Below, piece by piece: positions 17,743 through 27,809 of a stretch of DNA of 64,000 bases. The notes beneath the pieces are model-generated. The model did not search any database, was not told the DNA's origin, and was given only the letters and a program-made list of their open reading frames with translations. The DNA comes from a virus, in the IMG/VR virus record IMGVR_UViG_3300025674_000023, positions 23,867 to 87,866 of that record, one strand, 5' to 3'. Each line of letters begins with the position of its first letter. The stretch's first letter is position 1. The position numbers were made by a program, and so were the translations under genes.

Positions 17743-18021
17743 ATGAAAATAGAAGAATTAGTTGCAGATTTAATATCCGATTTTAATGGATCGTATAAAG
17801 ATTTTATTGCTTATGTTTATAAAGTCTTCACAAAAAAAATAGATTTTGTAAGCAACAAAACTATCAAGGATAAATATATAAAGATAAGAAAGAGTATTCT
17901 GCATTATATCATTGCAAATGAAGCAACAATAACTGCAGAATTGCGTAAAAAAAAAAAAATAAATAATGAAAAATTTTTCCCAATTTATAAAAGAAATTCA
18001 ATCTCCAGCAGAGAAAGCTAG
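17743..18021 (+). CDS. Hypothetical protein; 3' end depends on an A13 run
   Basis: ORF track; with A12 it would stop near 17961. Confidence 0.55.
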   Translation: MKIEELVADLISDFNGSYKDFIAYVYKVFTKKIDFVSNKTIKDKYIKIRKSILHYIIANEATITAELRKKKKINNEKFFPIYKRNSISSRES

Positions 18022-18571
18022 AAGCTTGAATCTTGTGAGTGATAAGCATGGTGGATGGTATGACCGTAAAGGTGAATTTACTGCAAAAACAAAAGAAGGT
18101 AAATTAGTATTTTATAATAAAAGACAGATACCAGGAAGACAAGATCCTTATCAAAGTCAAAAAGAAAAAACAATTGCTTCTCCTGGATACAATGATCCTC
18201 GTTTAAAAGCACAAGCTGCAATTAGAAATAGAGAAAAGGCATATGAAGAAAAGGAATTGAGGGAAAAATATATCAAAGAAGAAATTTTTAATGTTGATGA
18301 TTGGGTAAAGAGTCTTGTCACGGAAAAAGTTGGTAAGATTATTCGTAGAGGAACAAATCATCTTATTTGTGTTACTGAAGATGGTGAAATGTTTAAATCT
18401 TGGATTAAAGATTTGGTTGAGTATACTGAAGTTAAAATGGATCGACTTTATAGACTTCCTGGAAAACCAAATACACTTATTGGAACAACCGGATATCGTA
18501 AAAATGCAGAACAATCACTTAATTTCATAAATAAGTATAGAAAAAAAGTAGAAACAAAAAGTCTCTCATGA
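17966..18571 (+). CDS. Protein resembling the flanks of the cyanophage cytidyltransferase, with no catalytic domain
   Basis: DKHGGWYDRKGEFTAKT...LVFYNKRQ and GKIIRRGTNHLICVTED...FKSWI segments; no HxGH motif. Confidence 0.55.
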   Translation: MKNFSQFIKEIQSPAEKARSLNLVSDKHGGWYDRKGEFTAKTKEGKLVFYNKRQIPGRQDPYQSQKEKTIASPGYNDPRLKAQAAIRNREKAYEEKELREKYIKEEIFNVDDWVKSLVTEKVGKIIRRGTNHLICVTEDGEMFKSWIKDLVEYTEVKMDRLYRLPGKPNTLIGTTGYRKNAEQSLNFINKYRKKVETKSLS

Positions 18572-19719
18572 AAAAGAATATTGTTGAAGAGCTTCCAGTA
18601 AGAAAACATCCTATGGGTGCTGGTGAATCTAAACCTGCACCGAAATCTAATCAAACAGAGAGATCATCTGATCCGGCTAAGAAAGTGAAACAAGCTGTAT
18701 ACGATATTCGTTATCGTGCAAGAAGAGAAGATATTCCCCTACGTCAGGCGTATTCTCAATATATGCAGAATACGAGTATGAGTCAGCAAGAAAGAGATGC
18801 AGTAAAGCAAATGCTTTTTGGAAAATCTGGAATGCAAGAGGACTATAAAATCGAAGAATCGGCACATACAAGTGTTGCTGAAGCTCTTTATAAAGTGTTT
18901 GTTGAAGGTATCGAAAAAGATATTACTTTGGTTTATGAAGAAAAAATGAAATCTTCTTCTGATAGAAAATATAAAGTAAGAGTAACAGATAAAAATGGTA
19001 AATCTTATGTAAGATATGCAACTCGTGAAAAAATTAGTCAACTTCGCCAAAATCCAAATATTGCAGAAGTTGAAATGACTGAGCATGGTGATCCATATGA
19101 AGGTAGAAAAAAGAAAAAAGGTGATGGAAATTTAGCAAATAATTATCCACCTTATGATAGAGTAACTCGTGGAGATGTTATTGCTGGCGCAAAAGGTGAG
19201 GATCAAATGGGTGGTAAGATTAAAGAGTCTTATGGTATTACTAATCAAGTTCCAATTGATGTAATGAAGAAAAATAAGACAAATAAAGTTACTATGATGC
19301 CATCTGAGCCTAATGGAAAGAGTAAAAAGTTGATGAATAGTTATCGACCAAATACTCCTTTTATTATTGAAAAGGCGGAAAGTCGAGCGCAGCAAAAATT
19401 TATGGGTATGGTTTATGCTGCTAAGACAGGAAAAAAGCCCGCCTCACCAGAAGTTGCAAAAGCAGCAAAAGGTATGAGTGAAAAAGAAGCAAAAAAGTAT
19501 GCTTCCACAAAACATAAAGGTCTTCCTGAGAAAAAAATGAATGAAGAAATGGGTGAACGTGATAAAAGAGCAGATTATGCGTATAGAGAGATGATTAAAA
19601 ATAAACTGAGAGCAGGAATGGGTATTAAAAATCCAATGGTAATGAGCAATCCTGAAAATCTTGAAAAAGATTTTAATAAAGTTGCAACTGCAAAATCTGT
19701 AAAGTCTGCATGTGACTAA
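18568..19719 (+). CDS. Hypothetical protein with a DUF3008-like segment
   Basis: AESRAQQKFMGM...ASTKHKGLPEK. Confidence 0.7.
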   Translation: MKKNIVEELPVRKHPMGAGESKPAPKSNQTERSSDPAKKVKQAVYDIRYRARREDIPLRQAYSQYMQNTSMSQQERDAVKQMLFGKSGMQEDYKIEESAHTSVAEALYKVFVEGIEKDITLVYEEKMKSSSDRKYKVRVTDKNGKSYVRYATREKISQLRQNPNIAEVEMTEHGDPYEGRKKKKGDGNLANNYPPYDRVTRGDVIAGAKGEDQMGGKIKESYGITNQVPIDVMKKNKTNKVTMMPSEPNGKSKKLMNSYRPNTPFIIEKAESRAQQKFMGMVYAAKTGKKPASPEVAKAAKGMSEKEAKKYASTKHKGLPEKKMNEEMGERDKRADYAYREMIKNKLRAGMGIKNPMVMSNPENLEKDFNKVATAKSVKSACD

Positions 19720-19755
19720 ATTGCTGATATATAGTATTGAGTTTTCATCACTATC

Positions 19756-19956
19756 ATGCTCGCATTTCTTCTTCCGTTAGCATCAAAAATTATTTCCGAT
19801 GCTGTTTCTAAAATTCCTGAAAATGAGGAACTTGGAGAAAAACTGATTGATATTTGTTTAGTTATTCTTGGTAAAGCAGTAAAACTGACTAAAACAGATA
19901 TGGATGACCAACTTTTAGAGGTTGTTACAAAAGCAATCAAAGCAAGAGAAGAGTGA
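19756..19956 (+). CDS. Conserved hypothetical protein
   Basis: ORF track; followed by terminator GGAGACC-ttag-GGTCTCC-T run. Confidence 0.7.
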   Translation: MLAFLLPLASKIISDAVSKIPENEELGEKLIDICLVILGKAVKLTKTDMDDQLLEVVTKAIKAREE

Positions 19957-19985
19957 TAATTGGAGACCTTAGGGTCTCCTTTTTT

Positions 19986-19993
19986 TATAAATA
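19986..19993 (+). promoter_or_regulatory. T4-type late promoter
   Basis: TATAAATA about 30 nt upstream of a structural gene. Confidence 0.75.
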
Positions 19994-20023
19994 TCTGTAT
20001 AAAAGATTATAAGGTAAGGAAAC

Positions 20024-20566
20024 ATGGCTCTCTGGGGCAATACAGACTTAGTATATTCTGATGGAACTGTTCAAGTAAATTTAACGACTCCAGAAATAAC
20101 TGGCACTACAGGTGTAGTTAGTTTTACTGCAAATGGAGTTGCTGCTGGTAATGTAATTACTGTCGGAGCCGGAGCAACTTATGGATATGCTATTATCACT
20201 GGCGTAACTTCTACAACACTTTCTATTGCTAGCACTGCTGGATTTGTAAGTGGTCTTACAACAGTTCCAGCAACTACATATGAGATTTCTGAAGAACCAC
20301 TTTACACCGTTCTTGATTCCCATTATAGAGCACCTGAGGCAAAAACATCAGGATTCTCAACTAATCCAGTAACAACATCTGTATATGGTGTTGATTATCT
20401 TGAGGTTGGTGTAGCAGCAACTACTAGTTATGCTGTTGGTCACTCTGGATGGGTTGGTATTACTTCATATGTTGATATGCATGGAAACCTGAGAGTTAAG
20501 CATGAAGTTTTAGTTGCTGGCGGAATCCTAACAACATCTGACAGTGCTGACGAAGATTTAATTTGA
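20024..20566 (+). CDS. Probable virion structural protein
   Basis: MALWG start, Thr/Gly/Val-rich, H.GWVG...RVKHEVLVA; late promoter upstream. Confidence 0.7.
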   Translation: MALWGNTDLVYSDGTVQVNLTTPEITGTTGVVSFTANGVAAGNVITVGAGATYGYAIITGVTSTTLSIASTAGFVSGLTTVPATTYEISEEPLYTVLDSHYRAPEAKTSGFSTNPVTTSVYGVDYLEVGVAATTSYAVGHSGWVGITSYVDMHGNLRVKHEVLVAGGILTTSDSADEDLI

Positions 20567-20577
20567 TAATATAAAGT

Positions 20578-20949
20578 ATGAGATTTGATGAGTTGAATGA
20601 GAATAATTATTTGTTATTCGCGATAAAATTTTATGACAATCCTCAAGCTCTGACTATGGAGGATTTTGAAAATGATTTGAAGAGAATACGATACATAAAA
20701 AGATTATTAAAGAGATATAAGAGCAATGGTGAACTTAAAGTTCACTTAATTCTCAATCACTTAATAATTATGTTTAATGTTTTCAGTGATGCAGCAGTTC
20801 CTTTGTTATTTTATAATTTGGAAAAGGAACTATGGCCATCTATGAAAAGTTTTTTGTTATTTTTGAATCGTATCCCTGAATATCCAAAAACTCAAATACA
20901 TGATATTCAACAAGATGAAGAATGCTTTAAAAAATTGCAAGAGATCTGA
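20578..20949 (+). CDS. Conserved T4-like hypothetical protein
   Basis: FAIKFYDNP...DLKRIRYIKRLL...HLILNH. Confidence 0.8.
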   Translation: MRFDELNENNYLLFAIKFYDNPQALTMEDFENDLKRIRYIKRLLKRYKSNGELKVHLILNHLIIMFNVFSDAAVPLLFYNLEKELWPSMKSFLLFLNRIPEYPKTQIHDIQQDEECFKKLQEI

Positions 20950-21140
20950 TGAATATTCAAAAGATTATAGGTATTGTTAAAAAACTTAGAGAAGAAGCAA
21001 TAGCAAATACAGTTGGTGGTGGACATATTGCAGGAACTGCTGAAGCTGGTGATGATCCGCCGGTTAGAAGAAGAAAGAAAACACCAAAAGGTCATGTTGG
21101 ATCAAGAGTTCCTTGGTTACAGTATTTAAGAAATAAGTAA
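20949..21140 (+). CDS. Hypothetical protein
   Basis: ORF track; coupled. Confidence 0.65.
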   Translation: MNIQKIIGIVKKLREEAIANTVGGGHIAGTAEAGDDPPVRRRKKTPKGHVGSRVPWLQYLRNK

Positions 21141-21141
21141 A

Positions 21142-21549
21142 ATGTTTTCAGATTCAAAGGTTGCTGTATTAGAATCGAAACTTGGTATCTATGAAGACTT
21201 GTCACGAGAAATGCTTGCCAAGTTAGAAACTGCAGTAGAAAAGATATCAGAAGGAAATAACCGTATTGCTCAGATTCTCACTAAGCATGATGAGAGAATT
21301 GAGCAGAGTATGAAGACTGATTCTCTCATTATCAAAATGATTGATGAGTTAAAGGAAGATAGCGAGAACGATCATAAGATTTTGCATGAAAGAATAGATA
21401 AGATAGAAACAGAAATAAAGGCATTCTCAAAGTTTCGTTGGCAGGTCGGTGGAGTCTTGGTAGTTGTAGCACTTTTCATTAGTGCCGGTACTATTCTTCC
21501 ACTTTCCTTGACCCAACAGGCACCACAGGTTATAATGGAGAGACGATAG
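21142..21549 (+). CDS. Coiled-coil protein with a C-terminal transmembrane segment
   Basis: Heptad-rich, followed by WQVGGVLVVVALFISAG. Confidence 0.7.
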   Translation: MFSDSKVAVLESKLGIYEDLSREMLAKLETAVEKISEGNNRIAQILTKHDERIEQSMKTDSLIIKMIDELKEDSENDHKILHERIDKIETEIKAFSKFRWQVGGVLVVVALFISAGTILPLSLTQQAPQVIMERR

Positions 21550-21562
21550 TATTGTCTCTGCA

Positions 21563-22534
21563 ATGGATCTAGTTGACTCCAAGTATATTGGTCTGATTTC
21601 TTCACGCCTACAAAAGTTCAAAAAGGTCAAAACAGATCTCTATAACTTTCGGTGTCCTATTTGCGGAGATTCGCAAAAGAACAAAAATAAGACAAGGGGA
21701 TATCTCTACCAGGTCAAAAATAACACAAACTTTAAGTGCCATAATTGTGGCGCGAGTATGTCATTGAATAATTTTCTCAAGCAGATGGATACCACGCTGC
21801 ATAAGCAGTATACACTTGAGAAGTTCAAGGAAGGGCACACCGGCAAAAACTTTGTGGTTGAAGAACCAAAGTTTGATTTTAAGAAACCTGTATTCAAACA
21901 ATCTATTGATCTTCCAAAGGCATCAAGTAATTCTGTTGCGAAGAAATATCTTGAAAATAGGAAATTAGACCCAGATAAGTTTTACTATACTGAACAATTT
22001 AAGAGATGGGTAAATACTCAAAAAAAGACATTTGATGTTATTAATAGAGATGAACCACGTATCATCATTCCGATGTATGATGAAGATAAAAATTTGATTG
22101 GATTTCAAGGGAGAGCACTGGATAAGTCTCCTAATAAATATATCACCATTATGATTCAAGAGGAGGCACCAAAAATATATGGAATGGAAAAAATTAATAG
22201 AGACTTACCTATCTACTTGGTCGAAGGACCCTTTGACAGCACTTTCATCACTAATAGTGTGGCTTTGTGTGGCAGTGACGGTGACGTTCGTTGTCTTGAA
22301 GGAAGCAGTATTGTTTTTGTTTATGATAACGAGCCCCGCAATCGAGAGATTGTTGGAAGGATTGAGAGATGTATCGAACGAAATGAAAGCGTCGTCATCT
22401 GGCCAAGCACCGTAAAAGAAAAAGACATAAACGATATGGTTCTTGCTGGTCATAATGTCAAATCTATGCTAGAATCAAATACCTACTCTGGATTGGAAGC
22501 AAAGGTCAAATTTAACAATTGGAAAAAGATATGA
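21563..22534 (+). CDS. gp61: DNA primase, T4 gp61
   Basis: Zn finger CPICGD...CHNC; TOPRIM EGPFDS, YDNE, KDIND. Confidence 0.96.
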   Translation: MDLVDSKYIGLISSRLQKFKKVKTDLYNFRCPICGDSQKNKNKTRGYLYQVKNNTNFKCHNCGASMSLNNFLKQMDTTLHKQYTLEKFKEGHTGKNFVVEEPKFDFKKPVFKQSIDLPKASSNSVAKKYLENRKLDPDKFYYTEQFKRWVNTQKKTFDVINRDEPRIIIPMYDEDKNLIGFQGRALDKSPNKYITIMIQEEAPKIYGMEKINRDLPIYLVEGPFDSTFITNSVALCGSDGDVRCLEGSSIVFVYDNEPRNREIVGRIERCIERNESVVIWPSTVKEKDINDMVLAGHNVKSMLESNTYSGLEAKVKFNNWKKI

Positions 22535-24828
22535 CAAACGGAACAAAAGTTGTCAAGAGAAATGGGTCTATTGAACCTCTTGATTTGAACAAACTTCACA
22601 AAATGGTTGATGAGGCATGTAAAGACCTTGCCGGGGTCTCTGCAAGTCAGGTCGAAATTCAATCAGGTATTCAATTTTACGATGGCATTACGACAGCAGA
22701 AATTCAAGAAATTCTAATTCGTTCTGCAAGTGATTTAATTGATCTTAATCATCCTAACTATCAGTTTGTGGCAGCAAGACTTCTTCTGTTTGCTCTTCGT
22801 AAACAGTTGTATGGTCGTATGCATGAAACACCTACGGTAAAACAGCATATAGACCAATGCATCAAAAAAGGTGTTTATGATGCAGAAATTGCGAACCTTT
22901 ATACTGATGAAGAGTTTGATAAACTCCAATCATTCATTGATCATGATCGTGACTTTTTGTTTACATATGCTGGATTGAGACAGGTTGTAGATAAATATCT
23001 CGTGCAAGATAGAAGTAGTGGTGCTCTTTATGAAACACCACAGTTCATGTATCTTCTGATTGCAGCAACTATCTTTTCGAAGTATCCTAAAGAGATCCGT
23101 CTCGATTATGTAAGGAAGTATTATGACGCAATCTCGAAACACCGAATCAACATTCCCACACCTATCATGGCAGGAGTGCGAACTCCACTTAGACAATACG
23201 CTAGCTGTGTTCTTGTTGATGTTGATGACTCCCTCGATTCTATCTTTAGCTCTGATATGGCTATTGGCAGATACGTTGCACAAAGGGCGGGCATCGGTAT
23301 CAACGCAGGCAGAATCCGTGGCATCAACAGTAAAATCAGAGGCGGAGAAGTGCAGCACACAGGTGTTGTTCCATTTCTCAAGAAGTTTGAAGCAACTGTC
23401 AGATGTTGCACGCAAAATGGCATCAGAGGTGGATCAGCAACTGTCCACTTCCCCATCTGGCACCAAGAAATAGAAGACATTATTGTTCTCAAAAACAATA
23501 AAGGAACAGAAGACAATCGAGTAAGAAAACTTGACTACTCCATTCAAATTTCAAAACTTTTCTATGAGCGTTTCATCCAGAATGGAGAGATTAGCCTGTT
23601 CTCACCGCATGATGTTCCAGGACTCTATGATGCTTTTGGTACTGATTCATTTGATGATCTCTATGTGGGCTATGAACAAAATGAGTCTGTTCCAAGAAAA
23701 ACTATCGGTGCTCAAGAACTTTTTCTTAACATCTTAAAAGAAAGAGCAGAAACTGGTCGTCTCTATATCATGAATATCGACCATTGTAACTCTCACTCTT
23801 CCTTTATGGATAAAGTTGAAATGAGCAATCTGTGCCAGGAGATTACACTTCCAACTAAACCAATCAAACACATTGATGATGAAGATGGGGAAATTGCTCT
23901 GTGTATCCTTTCTGCTATTAATATTGGTAAAATCAGGTCTTTGGAGGATCTTGAAGTTCTTTGCGATCTTGCTGTTAGGAGTCTTGATGAACTCATTGAT
24001 TTTCAACAATATCCAGTCAGATCAGCAGAGATTGCCACTAAAGCACGTCGTTCCCTTGGAATAGGGTATATTGGTCTCGCACATTATCTTGCCAAGCACG
24101 GGTGGTTCTATGACGATCCTAATGCTTGGAAACTGATTCATGATCTTTCAGAGGCATTCCAATATTATCTGATTCGTGCTACAGTAAATCTTGCCAAAGA
24201 AAAAGGAGCATGTGAATTCAGTCATCGCACCAAGTATGGGCACGGAATTCTGCCGATTGATACATACAAGAAGGATGTAGATGAGATCGTACCAAATGAG
24301 CTTCATTATGATTGGGACGGTCTTAGAGAGGATGTCAAGAAGTACGGAGTACGGAACTCAACATTGTCCGCACAAATGCCTTCAGAGAGCAGTTCCGTTG
24401 TGTCAAACGCAACAAATGGAATCGAACCACCTCGTGCTTTCTTGTCCGTTAAGAAGTCAAAGAAAGGAACACTCAAACAGATTGTTCCACAATATAGCAC
24501 TCTTAAAAGCAATTATACGCTTCTTTGGGATATGGAGTCCAATCGTGGTTATATTAATGTTGTTGCTGTAATGCAAAAGTTTTTTGATCAAGCTATTTCT
24601 GGTAATTGGAACTATAATCCTTTTAAGTTTCCTGACAATGAGATTCCTATTTCTTTATGGGCACAAGACCTTTTGACTACATATAAGTACGGTTGGAAAA
24701 CCAGTTATTATCAAAATACATACGACAACAAAAACGACGAACTTGAAGAGACAAATTCAACACTAGATAATTTAATTTCTGAAATCGAAAATACAGCGGA
24801 GGAAGAGTGTGAGTCTTGTAAGATTTAA
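22531..24828 (+). CDS. nrdA: Class Ia ribonucleotide reductase alpha subunit
   Basis: ATP cone VVKRNG, PTPIMAG, SNLCQE, C-terminal CESCKI. Confidence 0.97.
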   Translation: MTNGTKVVKRNGSIEPLDLNKLHKMVDEACKDLAGVSASQVEIQSGIQFYDGITTAEIQEILIRSASDLIDLNHPNYQFVAARLLLFALRKQLYGRMHETPTVKQHIDQCIKKGVYDAEIANLYTDEEFDKLQSFIDHDRDFLFTYAGLRQVVDKYLVQDRSSGALYETPQFMYLLIAATIFSKYPKEIRLDYVRKYYDAISKHRINIPTPIMAGVRTPLRQYASCVLVDVDDSLDSIFSSDMAIGRYVAQRAGIGINAGRIRGINSKIRGGEVQHTGVVPFLKKFEATVRCCTQNGIRGGSATVHFPIWHQEIEDIIVLKNNKGTEDNRVRKLDYSIQISKLFYERFIQNGEISLFSPHDVPGLYDAFGTDSFDDLYVGYEQNESVPRKTIGAQELFLNILKERAETGRLYIMNIDHCNSHSSFMDKVEMSNLCQEITLPTKPIKHIDDEDGEIALCILSAINIGKIRSLEDLEVLCDLAVRSLDELIDFQQYPVRSAEIATKARRSLGIGYIGLAHYLAKHGWFYDDPNAWKLIHDLSEAFQYYLIRATVNLAKEKGACEFSHRTKYGHGILPIDTYKKDVDEIVPNELHYDWDGLREDVKKYGVRNSTLSAQMPSESSSVVSNATNGIEPPRAFLSVKKSKKGTLKQIVPQYSTLKSNYTLLWDMESNRGYINVVAVMQKFFDQAISGNWNYNPFKFPDNEIPISLWAQDLLTTYKYGWKTSYYQNTYDNKNDELEETNSTLDNLISEIENTAEEECESCKI

Positions 24829-25993
24829 GACAAATAAAGAAGAAAAACCCATGGTAAATTCCATGACAGTATTTAATTCTGAAGAAATTGATACCAAAAA
24901 GCAACCCATGTTTTTTGGAAAACCTCTGGGAATCCAAAGATATGATTCATACAAATATCCAGTATTTGAAAAAATTACTACACAACAACTAGGATACTTT
25001 TGGAGACCCGAGGAGGTCTCCCTCCAAAAAGATCGTGGCGATTACCATACACTGCGCCCTGAACAGAAGCATATTTTTACCAGCAATTTGAAGTATCAAG
25101 TTATGCTGGATTCTGTTCAGGGTCGTGGTCCTGGTATGGCATTTGCTCCATACTGCTCTTTACCTGAACTAGAGGCATGTATGAAGGTCTGGGAGTTCAT
25201 GGAAATGATTCACAGTCGTTCTTACACATATATCATTAAGAATGTATATTCAGACCCATCTGAGATTTTTGACACGATTCTTCGCGATGATCGTATCGTC
25301 GAACGTGCAATGAGTGTAACTTCTGCATATAATGACTTTATTAATTCTGCTCAACAATATGGAAATTCTGATGAATGGTTACATGCATTAGAACAAGTTC
25401 CTTATGCACAAGAGGCAAGATATGAACTCAAGCGCAAGCTCTATCGAGCAGTTGCAAACGTTAATATTCTTGAAGGTATTCGCTTTTACGTATCCTTTGC
25501 TTGCAGTTTTGCTTTTGGCGAACTCAAACTTATGGAGGGAAGTGCAAAAATCATCTCACTAATTGCTAGAGATGAAAATCAACATTTAGTAATTACTCAA
25601 AATATTCTAAATAAGTGGAAAGAGGGTGATGATCCTGAGATGAAAAAAATTTCTCAGGAAGAAGAACCTTGGTTAATCCGAACTTTTGATAGTGCCGTAA
25701 ATCAAGAAAAACTTTGGGCAGAGTATTTGTTCAAGGATGGATCTATGATTGGATTAAATGACAAACTGTTACATCAGTATGTCGAATGGATTGCTAATCG
25801 TAGAATGAAAGCAATTGGAATCAAACCAATTTATGGAATTTCTGCAAAAAATAATCCATTACCTTGGACAGAGCATTGGATCTCTTCTAAAGGTCTTCAA
25901 GTGGCACCTCAAGAAACCGAAGTCGAGTCTTACATCGTTGGAGGAATTAAACAAGATGTCACAAAAGATTCATTCTCAGGATTCCAACTTTGA
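24809..25993 (+). CDS. nrdB: Ribonucleotide reductase beta subunit
   Basis: FWRPEEV, EMIHSRSY, EGIRFY, RDENQH, VAPQETE; start at 24809 (GTG) or 24851. Confidence 0.96.
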   Translation: MSLVRFKTNKEEKPMVNSMTVFNSEEIDTKKQPMFFGKPLGIQRYDSYKYPVFEKITTQQLGYFWRPEEVSLQKDRGDYHTLRPEQKHIFTSNLKYQVMLDSVQGRGPGMAFAPYCSLPELEACMKVWEFMEMIHSRSYTYIIKNVYSDPSEIFDTILRDDRIVERAMSVTSAYNDFINSAQQYGNSDEWLHALEQVPYAQEARYELKRKLYRAVANVNILEGIRFYVSFACSFAFGELKLMEGSAKIISLIARDENQHLVITQNILNKWKEGDDPEMKKISQEEEPWLIRTFDSAVNQEKLWAEYLFKDGSMIGLNDKLLHQYVEWIANRRMKAIGIKPIYGISAKNNPLPWTEHWISSKGLQVAPQETEVESYIVGGIKQDVTKDSFSGFQL

Positions 25994-26237
25994 GGAAACT
26001 TGGAGAAAAATGGATGAGATTGATCCACTAACTCCCAAAGTTTCTGAATGCAAAGGAAACTGTAAGTGTAACTGTCTAAAAACTGAAGATGCCATAAAAA
26101 TATATCAAGAAGCAGCTGCTGCCGATGATTTTATTTTTGGAGATTATGATTATACTAAAGAATGGATAAATGATTTCAACAAGGAGGGGTAATACCCTCC
26201 TTTTTTTATATAAATACCTAAAAAGTGTATATCGATA

Positions 26238-27770
26238 ATGAAGAGTTTTAAGGAGTTTCTTAATGAAGATGCAGTAAAGGCTGCTGAAGCTTGGAGAAAG
26301 TGGATGGCAGAGAATCCTCAAGATTTTAAGAAGGGAGGAAGATTTTACGAGAAAGGTGGCACCGAAAAAACATCTGCTGCTGCTAAAAATTTTATGAAAA
26401 CTTATATGAAAACTGGCAGACCACCAGAAGGATTTGAATTTAAAACTACAAAAGTTTCTGGATCAGATGTTGGGTTTGGTGGTAAAACAAAAAAAGAACC
26501 ACCTAAAGCACAACCAGAACCACCTAAAGCACAACCAGAACAACCTAAAGCGCAAACTAGAGCACAACAACCAGAACAACCTAAAGCACAACCTAAAGCA
26601 CAACCTAAAGCACAACCTAAAGCACAACCTAAAGCACAACCAGAACAACCTAAAGCGCAAACTAGAGCACAACAACCATCACCTAAAGTACGACCAAAAC
26701 TTAGATCTAGACTTGGAAGAGTCGGTAATTTAGCACTTTCCGGTTTAAGTGCTGTAGATGCAATTGATTCTGCATCGAGAGGTGAATATGGTGATGCCCT
26801 TACCAGTGGATTACTTGCTGCACAAGGATCTAGAAGGTTGTCACGAGCAGCTCCAAGAGCAGGTAGAACTGCCGTTCAAAAAATTGCTACTAGATTAGGA
26901 AGACCTGTCTTAGGAAAAGCTGCTGCTCGATTTGTTCCTGGACTTAGCACTGCTTATGGTATTGCTAGAGGAACACAAGCTGCAATGAGAGGTGATCAAC
27001 TTGGTGCTGCATTGGGTTATGGATCTGCAATTCCTGTTGTTGGTGGAGCATTTGCTGCTGCCGATATAGCCAGAGATGTAATGCCACAGAAATGGAAAAA
27101 TAAAATTGCAAGTTCAATTGGATATAGAAAAACTTCAGATGCTGCTGCTCAAACAAAAAAAGATATTGAAAAATTAAAAAATAGGCCGCGAACTTCACCA
27201 AAACAAATGTTGAGTACAATGGACACTAGATCATCAAGGAATGTGGCATCAAAACTTGGCACTTATGGTGCCACACAAGGATCTGCTATTGTAGGAACTG
27301 GTGGTAAAACTACTTTTGATACTAAGAATAACAAAATTACAACAGGTGGAAAAACTGCTAGTCTTCCTAGTACACAAATTCTTCCTGGTGGTAGAGTTGG
27401 CGATCTTGCTTATAGAAATGGAAAACCAGTATATCTTGCAAGAGCTTCTGTTGCCTCCAGAAATAACAATTTGTTTGCTAGATTATCAAGAGCAACTGGT
27501 ATAGGTGGTCAGAGACAAAGAGATGCTGCTGCTGCTCAAAGAGAAAGAAATCAAGCAATTTCAAATACTCAAAAATATAGAAGAGATCTCGGAATAAGTG
27601 GAAGTGGTGCGTCATATAATCCACCTAAAACAGGTCAGTCTGCTAGATCTGCGCAAGCATATGCGGCATCAAAAGGTAAATATTATTCTAGCACTACTGG
27701 AAAAACATATGCGAATTATGCTGCGGCGTTAAAAGACCCTGCAGTTAGAAAAGCTACTTCAAAAACATAA
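26238..27770 (+). CDS. Basic low-complexity late protein, possible internal head or ejected protein
   Basis: TATAAATA at 26209-26216; N-terminus MKSFKEFLNE resembles the T4 capsid targeting sequence; PKAQ repeats. Confidence 0.6.
   Translation: MKSFKEFLNEDAVKAAEAWRKWMAENPQDFKKGGRFYEKGGTEKTSAAAKNFMKTYMKTGRPPEGFEFKTTKVSGSDVGFGGKTKKEPPKAQPEPPKAQPEQPKAQTRAQQPEQPKAQPKAQPKAQPKAQPKAQPEQPKAQTRAQQPSPKVRPKLRSRLGRVGNLALSGLSAVDAIDSASRGEYGDALTSGLLAAQGSRRLSRAAPRAGRTAVQKIATRLGRPVLGKAAARFVPGLSTAYGIARGTQAAMRGDQLGAALGYGSAIPVVGGAFAAADIARDVMPQKWKNKIASSIGYRKTSDAAAQTKKDIEKLKNRPRTSPKQMLSTMDTRSSRNVASKLGTYGATQGSAIVGTGGKTTFDTKNNKITTGGKTASLPSTQILPGGRVGDLAYRNGKPVYLARASVASRNNNLFARLSRATGIGGQRQRDAAAAQRERNQAISNTQKYRRDLGISGSGASYNPPKTGQSARSAQAYAASKGKYYSSTTGKTYANYAAALKDPAVRKATSKT
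26497..26690 (+). repeat. Coding tandem repeats (QPKA/QPE units)
   Basis: CAACCTAAAGCA x5 at 26577-26636 within a mosaic of longer duplicated units. Confidence 0.9.
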
Positions 27771-27809
27771 TTTTTGATAAATAAATATACGACAACAGTG
27801 TATAAGAAA

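Noticed and set aside
9541-25993. Inteins or introns in gp43, gp41, nrdA or nrdB
   Set aside because: All are continuous and of normal length, with no splicing motifs seen.
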